The notes beneath the pieces were generated by a model. That model did not search any database. It was not told where the DNA came from and saw nothing but the letters and a program-made list of their open reading frames with translations. From Adineta vaga (lineage: Eukaryota > Animalia > Rotifera): 64,000 nt of DNA. The stretch covers positions 13,578,001-13,642,000 of the forward strand of contig CP075493.1 in NCBI GenBank assembly GCA_021613535.1, in the 5' to 3' direction. Positions 1 to 13,539 of the stretch are shown piece by piece. Position 1 is the first letter of the stretch; each line of letters begins with the position of its first letter. The translations under genes and the position numbers were made by a program.

Positions 1-234
1 TCATCCAAATCATGATTCGGAGGATACAATCATGAAATATGAACTGAAATGAGTAATCTGTATCTCAACATCGATTACCATTGCGACACAGATTGTATTA
101 TAAATAATAACATAGTGCTCATGAATTTATTATTTATTGTAATTTTCAAACTATTAATTGACAGTTATCAAAGATCAAGAGATAATGTGATAGATTCATT
201 TTTTTGATAATTGATGCTGTTATATAGTCATTTG

Positions 235-1262
235 TCAAATTGTAGGCACTATGCGATTTGGTTTGAAGACAAAACAACATAGATGTCGTTTAACTTGTTG
301 ACGAAATCGATTTGAAACGATCAAAAATACGTAGAACGTACTCTTAGATCAAAATCAAATATTGTTATGAGATTCATAAAGGGAAACATATTCAACTTAC
401 TCCAGCTCCAAAAACATTGTTAAAATTGATAATATTGTTAACCAAATATTCAATGCTTCTCTGCTCTTGACTTTTCATCACAGAAGCTGATGCTAATGAA
501 TATGCATAAAAAATTGCATACGGCACAACATAACCAATGTTCAATGCGATTTCTCCACAAATCATATAAGTAAGTTGTCGATCAGCACTTTGTAATTGAC
601 GCATGTTTCCTAAGGCCTTCATATTTCGATATCCAAGTGTACCAAATATAATCATCATGGTAACTGGAAGTATTATGTAAAAACCCCAAAGGCCAACATA
701 AGCAAGATAAAGTTGCCAGAATTTATCATAGATGTTACATATATTCGAACTACATATAACCAAAAAAGAATGATCTACAATGGAATAGAATTTCAACGAA
801 CCGTAGATCAGCATAGAAGAGAAATGGTATGCTTTGAGCTATCCAGAAAATAGCTACACCACCAGCAATACAATAAGCGCCTTTAATGTTACTGAATCGA
901 CGTAGACGAGCAGAACGTGATGTCATGAAAAACTGATCAACAGTGGCTAACCATTGACATGTTAATGATATACCAGCAACAGCGAAAATAGTAGCATATT
1001 TAATTTTGCACCAAGCAACTGATTCACCACTAAGATCTCTGTCAAAACCCGTTGCAAGAATACGCATCAATGTCGCAAAAAACAAGTGAATACTGTGCAT
1101 AATTGCTGCTATGATTAGAAAGAATGTGCATGGTTTAGTACGATATGAACGATCAGCTGTAAATACAATGGTATTCATTATACAATCAAATAAACTCATG
1201 CAAAATAAAAGAGTGCCTGCATAGCACGCATACATTTGAGTGATGAATATCCATGTTGCCAT
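235..1262 (-). CDS. Orphan rhodopsin-like 7TM receptor (3 exons: 1262-802, 749-401, ~343-235)
   Basis: Two hydrophobic ORFs join in frame across a 52-nt GT-AG intron at 801-750 (ADLR|SNICNIY). A second intron starts at GTAAGT at 400 and leads to a last exon STFYVFLIVSNRFRQQVK...*. Motifs WCKIK and ATVDQF (DRY-equivalent). Confidence 0.8.
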
Positions 1263-2389
1263 TGTATGTACTCCGATGCTTCTATATGTGAATATAGTAG
1301 GGTTATAAAGATGTTCTTTCTACTTTCTCTAAAAATAAAGTGGAGAAAAGAACGATGCATTAAGTAAATAAAATGAAAAAAACTGTTATACTCAACAGAG
1401 AGACAATCTAACAAGAGACCATATGTGGATTTATCTAACGACACATAAGTCGATAAATTATTTTACATGATAGTTTATCAAATTCAAAGATTTTCTCCCG
1501 TCAACGGCGATTAAGAGAAAAATCCTTCTGACGAGCTCAACGTATGTTTAGTTCTCTATTCTCCTTTTGAAAACCTAACAATTTTGAATATATTTTGATC
1601 CAAGTCATGAAGAAGATGTTTCATTTTCTTTTGGATAAAAAAATTTTCACTTTACTATGTATATGTGAGAGATTAGAACTGAAAGGTATTAAGAAGAACA
1701 CCAGAATAAAAAAAATTATATCAGATAATTAAATATTATATTTCTAAAAAATTGTTATAACACAAACTTCAAACATTTGAGCTATTAAGCCGCTGTGATG
1801 ATTTTAAAGAGGAACATTAATGATAAAAACAAAAAAAAATTATGTCATGAAAATTCATTGTATAAACTTTTTTTAATATAACATATTTTATGTTATCAAT
1901 TGTTGATTCAATAACCTAGGACTTCTAGAAGTTTTATTACGTCAATATATCAAGCGAAAAGATGCGATTAATGTTGATACGTATCAATATGTCACGAATA
2001 CCTTAAAACAAGAATCTTTTGCTCATGGTATGAGAGACCTGTTCGACGTCCATGAATTCTGAAGTCTTCATGAATCCTTGGAATTCAAACGCTATAGAAT
2101 TGATTGCTCACACTGCAATGAAAACTGAAAGAATTTAAGGAATCTAATGGAGTCAACAAACGAGGAACGTCATATGATGTGCGGAAGATACTTTGCTTGA
2201 TACTAACTTTACTCTCATTTTACCGGCCATCGCGTATCCTAACCCACACCCACAAGATAAATATGAAACACAGCTTATAGATGTTTTGTGGGACATTTCT
2301 GTAATGATGAAGTATATTATTTCATACTCAATGTAGAATACAGAAAAAAGAGGAAATGTTCTTTTTTTATTCGTCAGTATTGTATTCAT

Positions 2390-3583
2390 TTATGATAATT
2401 TGAGTATATGTCTAATCCAAGGTAAGTAGTATTTGACACGTGCAAAGACTGCTGGAAGACCAGTTCCGACACCACAATCTTGAGCTCCATAGCTAACAAT
2501 GCCATTCAAATACCTGAAAAAAGAAAAAAAAGAACATGTGAACGACTTTAATCGTGTAAGAACTTACCATCTTCCTTCATATTCATACATCAATGGTCCA
2601 CCTGAATCTCCTTGACATGTATAACCAACACCATGTTTGCCAGCACAAATGTGTGTTTCTACGGAAAATTTGTCCGCACCGTATGTCAGACATTTATTAC
2701 CCATTGTTTCCATATACGTCTGCTTGAGAATGGTACTTGTAACACCATTGTGAGCTGTTCTTCCCCATCCAGCTAAACAAGACAAAAAAAAATCATTTTA
2801 TCATAAGAACATCTTTAAATGAGTAAGCAATCGTCAAAGGTTAAAGGGAGACTTACAAACCCAAACAGTATCATTGGCAGTCTTTGCTTCATGACCTGGA
2901 AGGCAAATAACATTAACTTTATCCGAGATTGTGATTGGTTTCGTAAGACGTATAATTGCTAGATCATTGTTAACTGTCTTTTCAGAATATTGTTCATGTA
3001 TCCAAATTTTGCTAACAGCTAATTCTTGTTCCATATACATTGGCTTATTTGTTTCATGGGCACCAATGTAGACTTTATAATTTTTTTCGTCAACTGGAGT
3101 TTTAATACAGTGTGCAGCTGTTAAGACATGACGTTCATCGATAAGAGCACCACCACACATACTACCAGCGCCACGTAAAAGAATTTGCCATGGCTAGAAA
3201 GTGAGAGAATCTTTGAATAAACAACAATTAGAAGATAATTAACTAACCCAACTGTTCGCTTGTGCATGAAGTCCTCCAATGATACGTTGTCTAAATGGTT
3301 GATAATGTTGTTTACCACATTCTTTTGGAAAATTTGATGGTGCTGTTGTTACTGCCATTCCTTGACAACAGAGACGTGCCTGACCATTTGCTTGTTCAAA
3401 TCCAACAGCACTTGTACATTCTTGTTGTGGTGTGTAGGACACAGAGAATTGTCCGTTAACTGGTTTTATCCATTCCGTACAAATTTTCCCATTGTCACGA
3501 ATATTCAATATATAGTTCTGGGAAGATACAATACCAACGGTGAGTAGAACAAAGGCTGTAACCTTGTAGAATAAAAGGAGCAT
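2390..3583 (-). CDS. Secreted S1A (chymotrypsin-fold) serine protease, 4 exons
   Basis: Signal peptide, zymogen activation site R-IIGG, catalytic motifs TAAHC, NNDLA and GDSGGP, and C-terminal GIVSYG...PAVFARV..YLPWI. Short GT-AG introns link ORFs 3239-3616, 2834-3160 and 2564-2785. Confidence 0.9.
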
Positions 3584-3935
3584 TCTTGCCTTTTCTTTAT
3601 CGTAGGATGAAACCACAAAGAAAATTTTCTCATATTTTTATATTCTTTTCGTTTTCAATTAAAAATAAAAACCTTGAAAGTATCGTCTTTCTCAGACTTT
3701 AATATCTAGTCTTTATATTGGTTTTCTTATTTTTCTATTAAGCAATTGAAAATAGAGATTGTTTTTCACGTTTTAAATCCTCTGTATTTCGAATTGTTTT
3801 TATGTCTTAAAAGTGAATTGTAAGATGCATTGTTTCTTTCGGGGAAATATTATGATCTTGCTGGTGTGGGTGGATACGAGAAACTACTACTTCATCATAT
3901 TTGTACAAATAAAGTCAAAAAAAATCCATAGAGAT

Positions 3936-5666
3936 TTATTCGATAATGGAAGATTTTTGTGCTTCTACGACGACGTTTGGTAATGTTTTTTCCGAAAGAA
4001 ATTGTACTGTATTCTTTCCATCTGATGATGACATACATGCTGAGATAATTTCAGCTGGTGAATGAACATAATCTTGTAATTGAGATATATCAATATCATT
4101 TTCTTCATTAAAAAAATTCAATAGAAATGATAATGTTAGTGGATCGTTAGGATTCGTCTTTTCATCACCTCAAATTCAAACACAAAAAATAAATAAATAA
4201 TGAACTTACAATTACACACATGTTGTTGCTATTCAACTAACCTAAGATACTTCTCAATGTTTGATTGGATAGGTTCTTTTTTCTTAGATCGATGTCATCG
4301 TCTTCAAGATGAAATATAATATTATCACCTTCAATTGATGTTACTATATCTGATTTTTCTGCGGACACAAATGTAGATGTAGATCGTTTTTTAATAATAT
4401 GTGACACTAATTAAAGAAGAAGATGAATTAATCATTCATTTTTCGACTAACTCACTACAATCGATGTCTTCAAAAACGATAATCTTGTGACTAAAATCCA
4501 AATCAGTCATATCGTAAGAATTCAAAAAGAAAGCTTGTCGAAGTTCACCACATGTTCGAACACATGATAGTGGAATTTCAACCAAATGACGTTTTGTATA
4601 TGAAGCAATGGCCTTGATTGTTGATGTTTTACCACATCTTATATGAATCCAAGGACAAATATACCCTCGAAATGAGAATAAACAAAACATACCAGGTGAC
4701 CCATAAAATAAAAGACCAAGCGAATGGGCTATACCACGTTTCTGATAAAAATTTGGATTTTTGAGAAAAAAATTCAATCGATCGATCAATTCTTGTTTTT
4801 CTTCGAAGAAAAGATTGTCAAATGATTTTGTTGTAGCAAAAAGTTGTTTGTTGAAGTTAATTGAAGAATTTGGATTTGATAACGTCGACATTGACATAAA
4901 TGTGAAATGATAAGAATTTCCTTATGAGAAAAAAAACCCAGAAATACTCGAATTACAAATTGTAATTTACAGAATAAAGTTCACCTTTATTTTTTCCTTT
5001 AATATAATCTAGATATTCCATTGTCCATTGATTTAGATTTTCTTTTAATTATTTTAATGTTAATTTATACGAATAGAGTATGATTTTATATTGTGGAACG
5101 TTACTATTTCGATATGAATATGAATAATCTTTTGAATCTGATTTTTTCTTTTTCTCAACATGAAGATAAATATTTGGTGCAATCAGAATATCTTGTTTGC
5201 CTGTTGATGTAATAAAATAATTGACTAAGTCATCAAGAGGATCTTCAGTTGTTTTTTTCTATATTTATTCATAAACGTAGGAATCAATTTAGCTGAACAT
5301 ACATTAATATTTGCTATATGAAGATAGTGAATAACACCCAAATATTCTTCAGGAACCTATAGAAAATTGTTCTTTTGTACAAAAACAAACTGATTACGTT
5401 CGTTATATATATATATTTACCTGCATTCGAGTTTCTGTAATATCATTTGAATTGGTCATAATATCTATTGCATATCGAGCTTTAAGTCGTCGCCAACTAA
5501 TCGATGAAATAAGCGATTGTAATTTCTCTATTACAGATGAACATAATTTACTAATACATGTTATACAAAAAACACTGATTATAATAATTAAACAATCATT
5601 CCAAATATTTCCTGACTTGATATTTGTAATCAAAGGTTGCATAACATAGTATGAAAGATCCACCAT
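3936..5666 (-). pseudogene. BCS1-like AAA ATPase, probably disrupted
   Basis: N-terminal TM segment, Walker A GSPG|CGKTS split by an in-frame intron, Walker B IIVFEDID. After TLSFLLN the expected DG...TTN...DPAL.RPGR block is absent, and a stop occurs near 4230. Confidence 0.65.
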
Positions 5667-5907
5667 GATTGATAATTTTCTCGTCTGAATAAAAGATATA
5701 ATCCATTCGGTGTCCTTTTATAGATGAACTTTAACATTGTTTTGAGAAATTAGAATCGATCACTCGGTCAACATATACTTCATCATCAATAAAAAAAACA
5801 AGATGGAAAAGTTCAACTAACATGACATTCTTTCGTCCAATCATACTATAATCATCTTGTTTATTATTTAAAAAAATTGATGTCAAAGTAATAGGTTGAG
5901 GACATGT

Positions 5908-6417
5908 CTACTGCACTCTCCAACGCACAAATGCCCATTCCATGGTATCGCCATTGGGAAGTATCATTGATGAATCTTCTCCGTCATGTTTAATCAAATT
6001 GACTCCAAGACCAGGTCGACCTATCGACAAGCTGTTACAAAATTTATGACCAACTTGTTTCTTCGCACCATCCAAGCTAATCTCATAGCCAATGTGCGGT
6101 TTCTGCTTACTTCCAGTTGGTGGAACATCGGCATCAATTGTAAACTTCAAACGCCATGTATCACCTACACAATTGACCGACGTACCTTGAACAATAGTTC
6201 CCGATAAAGAAAAGTCAACTTGAACGATTCTATCAGTTAAGTTTCTATGGAAATTTGTCAGATACGATGAGTTCAACACTTTTTCAATAATCGCTTTGGT
6301 AGCACCAGGTGGTACTGGAGCACGTACAGTTTTCATCTTTTCCAAATAATTTTGAAAGTCTTTCACTACCATCGTGTTTGCAGTAGCTAAATCTGGTGCA
6401 TCTTGATCAAAAGACAT
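5908..6417 (-). CDS. Hypothetical 169-aa protein
   Basis: Clean ATG-to-stop ORF with higher GC than its flanks. A plausible 5'UTR intron lies at 6543-6468 (GTAAGT...TTTTGTTCTAG). Confidence 0.65.
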   Translation of the reverse strand: MSFDQDAPDLATANTMVVKDFQNYLEKMKTVRAPVPPGATKAIIEKVLNSSYLTNFHRNLTDRIVQVDFSLSGTIVQGTSVNCVGDTWRLKFTIDADVPPTGSKQKPHIGYEISLDGAKKQVGHKFCNSLSIGRPGLGVNLIKHDGEDSSMILPNGDTMEWAFVRWRVQ

Positions 6418-7396
6418 TTGAGCAATCTATCGTTTAGTTTTCTCTGTGTGTGTATGTTCTGAATGATCTAGAACAAAAAAAAACAGACAATAAAAGGGAA
6501 AAATAACCATCACTGTAAAAAAAACTGGGAGTGAATCACTTACAGAAAAAAAATTGTAAAAAACCATGTGATGATTAACTACACATAAAGTAAAGAATAA
6601 GCAAAGAACTGAAGAGAAACTTCCAATTTTTCTTTTCTTCTGTATATTTTTGAGTCATTCGTTTCAATATTTTGCATATTGTTTTTCTCTATAGCATTCG
6701 TGTTTCAATCAGTGATCTGTACGAAAAACGAAACTGTTTTTCGAACTTCGAATGGTTACTATTAATTTTGTACTCACGCATAAATGGCTAAGATAAACAA
6801 CACAACACAATATTTTAGATGTCAGAAATACAAAAATTGTTTTTTCAATCACTACTCGAAAATGATCAATCAATCGATTTAACTCTTCAGTATTCTTACA
6901 TTTCTTCAAATCCGTTGAAATGAATTCCGCACTATATAAGCAAAGTGATTCGAAAAGAAACTAACGGTAATCTTCATTAGGTTTATGACTTTGTTGAAAT
7001 AAAAAAGATCTAATGAAAATATCTTGTCACTGAAAGAAAAATTATTTCAATTCAATAAAAAATAATCGAACTTTCATATACATCTTCAAGATAAAATATG
7101 TTTTCTATTCACACCTTTACTTTTTTTTTAATAAAAGTTGAATAATCCGAAGTCAAAATATAATCATTTCATTACATTCTGAATAAATCAATCTTTGAAT
7201 TTTACAATATTTATGAAACAAGAGTTCTTTTTTTGAGTTGTTTAATCAAAATTACCACAGATATCATTCGTTTTATATTGTTTCTTTCAATGTATTTCAT
7301 TATTGACTTTAACTCATTTCATTCTTATCTATATAAATATATTAACACGAGTTCGTTTCTTTTGTTTTCATTTTATAAAACTTCTTTTGATTTCAA

Positions 7397-8949
7397 ATGA
7401 CTACAGCAAATAATACTTCGCAATGTTCCAAATGCCAGATGCCTAAACAAATTACAATTTCTAATGAAGGTTGTTTAGAAGAATTTTGTCAAACAGATTT
7501 TAAAGAACATCGACAAATGTTAAATGAGGACTTAGATGTTATTATTAATGCTTATCATCAATTTGGACAAACGATCATGAAACATGTAGAAAATATACAA
7601 AAGCATGCATTAATGCAACAAATTGATCAGTGGGAAAGAAATGCAATTCAAAGAATTCAACAAACAGCTGAGAATTGTCGACAAACTGTTCTTGAAGAGG
7701 CAAAAATAGTTTTTCGAGAAATTGAGCATAAATTGAGTCAGTTTACTGAACAAATCAAAAACATACAAAAAGAAGCAGAATTTAATGAAAATGATTTGAA
7801 TGATTTGAGAAGTAAACTAAATAAAATGAATAACGAAATCAATAATCTATCAAATATTGCAATTCAAGAATATCGTCAAGAATTTATTAATGAAATTTCG
7901 ATTATTTCAACAAACAGTAAGTTAGAACTAACTTGAATTATTTTATTTGAAAGAAGAAAAAAAACCTTCAGTTCAATTATTGAATGAATAACAACTGAGT
8001 TATGGTTCATCGAACAAATCTTTTGCTTTTTCACCGTTGTTTAGAAACTAAATTCAAAGAACAACCAACGATTATAGCTGGAGGAAATGGACAAGGAAAT
8101 GGATTAAATCAACTTTACTGGCCTTATGGAATATTCGTTGATGAAAAGAAAACGATTTTTATTGCTGATTCTTCGAATCATCGTGTTGTTGAATGGAAGT
8201 GTAATGCAGAACAAGGTCATGTCATTGCGGATGGAAATGGAAAAGGAAAGAGAATGGATCAGTTATATCATCCATCGGATATGATTGTTGATCGAAAAAA
8301 TTATTCGATTATCATTGCTGATTGTGGTAATAGACGAGTGACACGACGATCATTCGATCAAAAACAAGAAATTCTTATTGGAAATATTGGCTGTCGAGGT
8401 TTGGCAATGGATCAATATGGATTTCTGTATGTCTCTGATTGTGAAAAGCATGAAGTGAGAAAATGGAAGTTAGAAAAGATCAATGAAGAACGGCACGGAA
8501 CGTTAGTTGCAGGTGGAAATAAAAAAGGAGACGAACTCAATCAACTTAATTCTCCGACTTACATTTTTGTTGATGAAACTCAATCTCTTTATGTTTCAGA
8601 TAGAGAAAATCATCGTGTGATGAAATGGAGAAAAGGTGCAAGCGAAGGAATTGTTGTAGCTGGTGGAAATAGTCAAGGAAACAACCTCAATCAACTGGAT
8701 GGTGCTGAAGGATTGTTTGTTCATCAATGGGGTCAAATTTATGTAGCAGATTGGGGGAATCATCGAATAATGCGATGGTGTGAAGGAGATAATAAAGGCG
8801 AGATTGTTCTTGGTGGAAATGGTCAAGGAAATGAGTTAAACCAATTGAGCTGTCCCATTGGTTTATCATTTGATTTCGAGGGAAATCTTTATGTTGCAGA
8901 TTGTGGAAACCATCGGATCGTTCGATTGGATCCATTTGATGAAAATTAA
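7397..8949 (+). CDS. B-box-like/coiled-coil + NHL-repeat protein (RING-less TRIM-NHL-like), copy 1; exons 7397-7916 and 8045-8949
   Basis: CxxC...C....C..D...H zinc motif and a coiled coil in exon 1. A phase-1 intron joins in frame to six NHL blades (GGNG.G...QL..P.G...D..NHR). Confidence 0.88.
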
Positions 8950-9117
8950 ATCTGAATGGAAAACGAAGAGATTGGTGACTAAAGAATGATGGTTTTCATT
9001 TGATTTTTGCGAAATAAAATAATCTAATGAAAATGTCTTATGATCGTGATCGAGAAAAAGAAGAACGACTGTTGTATTGGCGCGATTATTTTAATTTTAA
9101 TAGTATATAAAATTACA

Positions 9118-10724
9118 TTAAACGTTCTTCTCTGCTAGTGCGAGAACATTGGGTATTTCAGTATAAATGTAATCTCTATATTTATGAGTAAGTTTCATCC
9201 GGAGAAATGCTTTGAACGGAATTGTTTCTTTAAACCACAGAGTACCTGCTGTTGAAGTTGTGCTAACATGTTTTTCAACGGCCTTACGAACGATTGTCCA
9301 ACCCTTGTGCGAATAATGAAGATCCAATGCACGCACCAGTCGGTTCATTTGATTTTGAATGAGACAATGAAATACTTTGGTGTACACGTCCATTATATCA
9401 TCAGTAACGATGCATGAATTAGGGAACACATCCAGCTTAAATGGAGTGGTACTTTCAAACTGTTCTCTATGAATTCGAATACCACCAAAATCTCGTATAG
9501 CAAAACCAATTAATTGTCCCGTGCGTCTATCGAATCTGGCAAGTGTATTTTGTCCATGTGCTTCAAAACAAAATCCATACTTTATCATTGGTGGCAAGAA
9601 GGCAGCACAAGCAAGTTCAGCATATCGTGTAAGAAAATCGATACATTTTTGTTCGGTATCAAGATGAAAGATGGCTGAACAACAGGCATACTACCATCAG
9701 GTGTTTTCTCAACGAGACATTGTGCTACGATAATTGATTCATTAGGCATAATTATTTCAGGATCTTCACGTATAAGACATGCAATATGTTTGTTTATTGA
9801 TTCATCAGGATCATTTGATCCGATTGATGCTACTTCACCCAATACGACGAGACACTCAGGAGCAATGAATTTAGCAAGTGGACTAATACGAGGACCATTG
9901 TAAACCGAATAACAAGAAATAGTTCGCCATGCACCCGTCGTCAATATAGTTAGTGCCATTTTGACATGATAGCCTGGTAAATCCGAAGCAGGTACCGGTG
10001 CAATTGATCGAAGCGATGCTTGAGCGAAAGATCGTCGTTCCACGTTTGGATAAAGCGTTGCCGATGGAATCAGTGAAAGTACTTTGGACACTTGCAATTC
10101 ATGAACCGGTAAAATGAGAGTGTCAGGTGATAGTATCGGTGGAATATAATCTTTCATTATCGCCTTCCAATTCCCGTAAATGACCAACTTTGAACGAGGT
10201 ATCGAGATAAATTTGATACACGGAGCTAATAAGACAGATTCGAAACCATCAAAAGGCACTCGTGTACGATGCATTGGATGAGTTGGATGACCTTCAATGA
10301 TATAACGTTCCCACTCGATAGCCGGCGACAAGATAGATGGAAGTTTTGTAGGAAGATGATTATATATCCATTCTTGATTTCGAACTGAGCTCGTCAATTG
10401 TTTTTTTAAATCGACAGTACATTCCTTCCAAAAACGATCGGCAATTTCGACAGGACAAAGAAGCTCTTTACCATTAGCATCAAAAATATGGAATGGTACG
10501 ATGTCAGCAGGATCTAATGAATGTAGATAACCAAGTGGAACCGGATGAACCAGCGAAAGAGACAGTTTGTAATTTATATCATTATCATCGAGACACTCTA
10601 TAATAACAGTATAAGGTGCATTAGCATTGGCTTGAACAAAACATTCATTGACGAGGCATGCAATAAGACGCGAAGATGTAGCGAAGCGAGCCCGTTCAAG
10701 GGCAGTACGATTAAACGATGGCAT
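9118..10724 (-). CDS. IucA/IucC-family NRPS-independent siderophore (NIS) synthetase, rhizoferrin-synthetase-like; one 1-nt frameshift near 9678
   Basis: Motifs EGHPTHPMHR, PVHELQ, AQASLRS, VKMAL..LTTGAWRTIS, FEAHGQN and IRDFGG. Adding one base at about 9678 fuses both ORFs (MPVV-SAIFHLDTEQKCIDFLTRYAELACAAFLPPMIK) into about 535 aa. Intronless. Confidence 0.88.
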
Positions 10725-12160
10725 TTGTATCTAATTAAACTCTACAAAATCAAAAGAAATGATTAAAAAAAAATGATTCGTATTCATATTCAACAAGTTT
10801 AAAACGAAAATAGATTTCCAATATAACACTACAATAGACATGAAATGTTTCATACCAACTGCACTTGGAAAGATAAAAGAACGAACTGAATACTGATACG
10901 AAAATATGTGTCTGTATGTACTGTATAATATGTCCTTTTATTCGATTGTTCTGTATACAATATCTAACTTATAATGCCTACGTAAAATATTGAGAAAAGA
11001 AAAAGATATGAAGACGTGTGAATACCATAGTCATCATAGAAGGATATTTCATTATTTGTTTCTACTAGATGGAACAAACAACGATCGAAATAGCTTTTGT
11101 GATTAAATGAAATATTTAAACCAAAAATAAACAAAAATTGAACTTTATTTAATTGAACGAATTAATCATAGAAAATCAATATTATAGTTCATTTACTTGA
11201 TAATAAATTTCATTAAATCTCGATATTTTTTACTTTTCAAGATATCGACGAAATCAAAAGAATTTAATATCGTCACGTGTCACTTTAATCGGAATCGACC
11301 TTCAAAAGTTGCTATAAATGAGTTATGTTTCATATACAGACTATATTTTTTCGAAGGAGACAAAGAAAAGGATTTCTGTTTGTAATACTTCGAATTATTG
11401 ATCAGTCTAGAATCAATTGTTTTAAACAAACATTTTTAGAAACCAATAAAATCATTACGTTCATGATGGTCTTCATGGCTATATCAATCGCAGCCAAAGG
11501 TAAAAAAATTCCAGATGAAATTTTTCTTTTCGAAATTATGGATGAGAATCATTTCGATACTCATTTACAATAGAAAATTAAACAAAATATTTTTCAAAAT
11601 AATCATTATATTAATATGTGACAGAAATGAATGAAAGTTTTATTGTTTTTATTGACAAAAAGAACGAAACATTATGGAGGGAAGGATTCTCGCGTAAAGT
11701 GCTAAAATGTGTTATTGATCGGACGAGAATTTCATTTGATTTATTTTTCAGACAAAGTAAGTTTGTATGGATTTCAACTAGAATATATATATATATATAT
11801 CATTTATTTTTGTTCTCTAGTATAATAGCTGATGTTTGAATTCTTCAAGATATTACTGAATGTCATTTTAAATATGTTTTGTTGTCTTTTCTATAATTTA
11901 CTCTTCTGATATATAAAGAAGAATGTTCGTCTATTCGCTAAGCATTTCAGTGATTCTCTGAGTATGCCTAAATGTTTTTGGGGATGTCGAAGGACATACA
12001 TTTCACTCTTGTTAATGAATATTTTTATGTATTCTTCCTTTAGTGTTATGGCAACGTGTGATTCATAGCTCACATTTCATCACACAATCGAGAATGTTAT
12101 TTGAAGTATACAAGCACATTCACCGTCATTTCATTCTTCTATCAACTGCAATTCAAATAA

Positions 12161-13256
12161 ATGGCCATGATAAATGACACAATACAATGCTTGAAACTTT
12201 CGTTAACAGATCATTCGATGAAGTCATCAATTGAACAAAAAGGCAGATTTGTTTTTCATTTGAGTTTGAAAGAAATACAATAAAAGTACGAAAAGATTCG
12301 AGAAATAATAAGTTCTATTTCAGATTTTATCAAATTAGAAACGATTTCTTTTTTCAGAATTCAAATTTCAGCAATATGGAATCATTGTTGCGGGAGGAAA
12401 TCGGAAAGGAGCAGAATTGAATGAACTGTGTAGTCCGTGTGGACTCTTTGTTGATAAAAACAAAACGATTTTCATTGCTGATTGGAAAAATCATCGTATT
12501 TCTGAATGGAAATGTGATGACAAACAAGGACGAGTTATTGCAGGTCGAGAAGAAAAAGGAAACGGAATAGATGAATTAAATGAACCAATAGGTGTGGTTG
12601 TTGATCAACGAAATTATTCGATCATCATTGCTGATCGATGGAACAGCAGAGTAGTACGATGGTCATCTGATCAAAAACAAGAAATTCTCATTGAAAATAT
12701 TCATTGTTACGGTTTAGCGCTGGATCAATATGGGTTTCTTTATGTTTCTGATTCTTCGAAAAGTGAAGTGAGAAGATGGAAGTTAGAAACCATTAATGAA
12801 AACAAAGAAGGAACATTAGTTGCAGGTGGAAATGGAAAAGGAGACAAACTCAATCAACTCGACTATCCTACTTTCATTTTTGTTCATGAAGATCAATCTC
12901 TTTATGTTTCAGATTCAGATAATCATCGAGTGATGAAGTGGAGAAAAGGTGCGAAGGAAGGAATTGTTGTGGCTGGAGAGAATGGTAAAGGAGACAATTT
13001 CCATCAGTTAAATTGTCCTGAAGGATTGTTTGTTGATCAATGGCGCCAAATCTATGTTGCAGATTGTGAAAATCATGGAATAATGCGATGGTGTGAAGGA
13101 GACAAAGAAGGTTCGATTGTTGTTGGAGAAAATGGAATAGGAAGTGAATTAACTCAATTGAATCGTCCACGAGGTTTAACATTTGATTTGGATGGAAATC
13201 TTTACGTTGCTGATTGGGGAAACGGTGGAATCGTTCGATTTGATAAAATTTATTAA
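12161..13256 (+). pseudogene. B-box/CC-NHL copy 2: intact NHL exon (12358-13256), first exon reduced to a stub
   Basis: ATGGCCATGATAAATGACACAATACAATGC at 12161 matches the start of the paralogs, but the coiled-coil part is missing. The NHL exon is open. Confidence 0.7.
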
Positions 13257-13539
13257 AATGAACTTTGCAGAAAAAACCAAGAAATTCGAAGAGAAGATAT
13301 GAAAAAAATTCTCTTTTCTTGGTAAAACTATATTATTTCTATATTTAACATTGGCTTTCTTTCTATGTTCTCCAAACAATCAAACCGATGAAATCTTTTC
13401 TTATACTTATCAACGAAGGAAAGAATCATAAACAGGTTTATCGCTATTATTAGAACCACGTCAAATGTGGGATCAGAAAAGATTGGCTGTTTTCTTTTGT
13501 TTCACTTAAATAAATTACAAAACAAAATGAACACAAATT

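Noticed and set aside
750-814. Apparent frameshift in the first 7TM gene
   Set aside because: It is explained by a 52-nt GT-AG intron.
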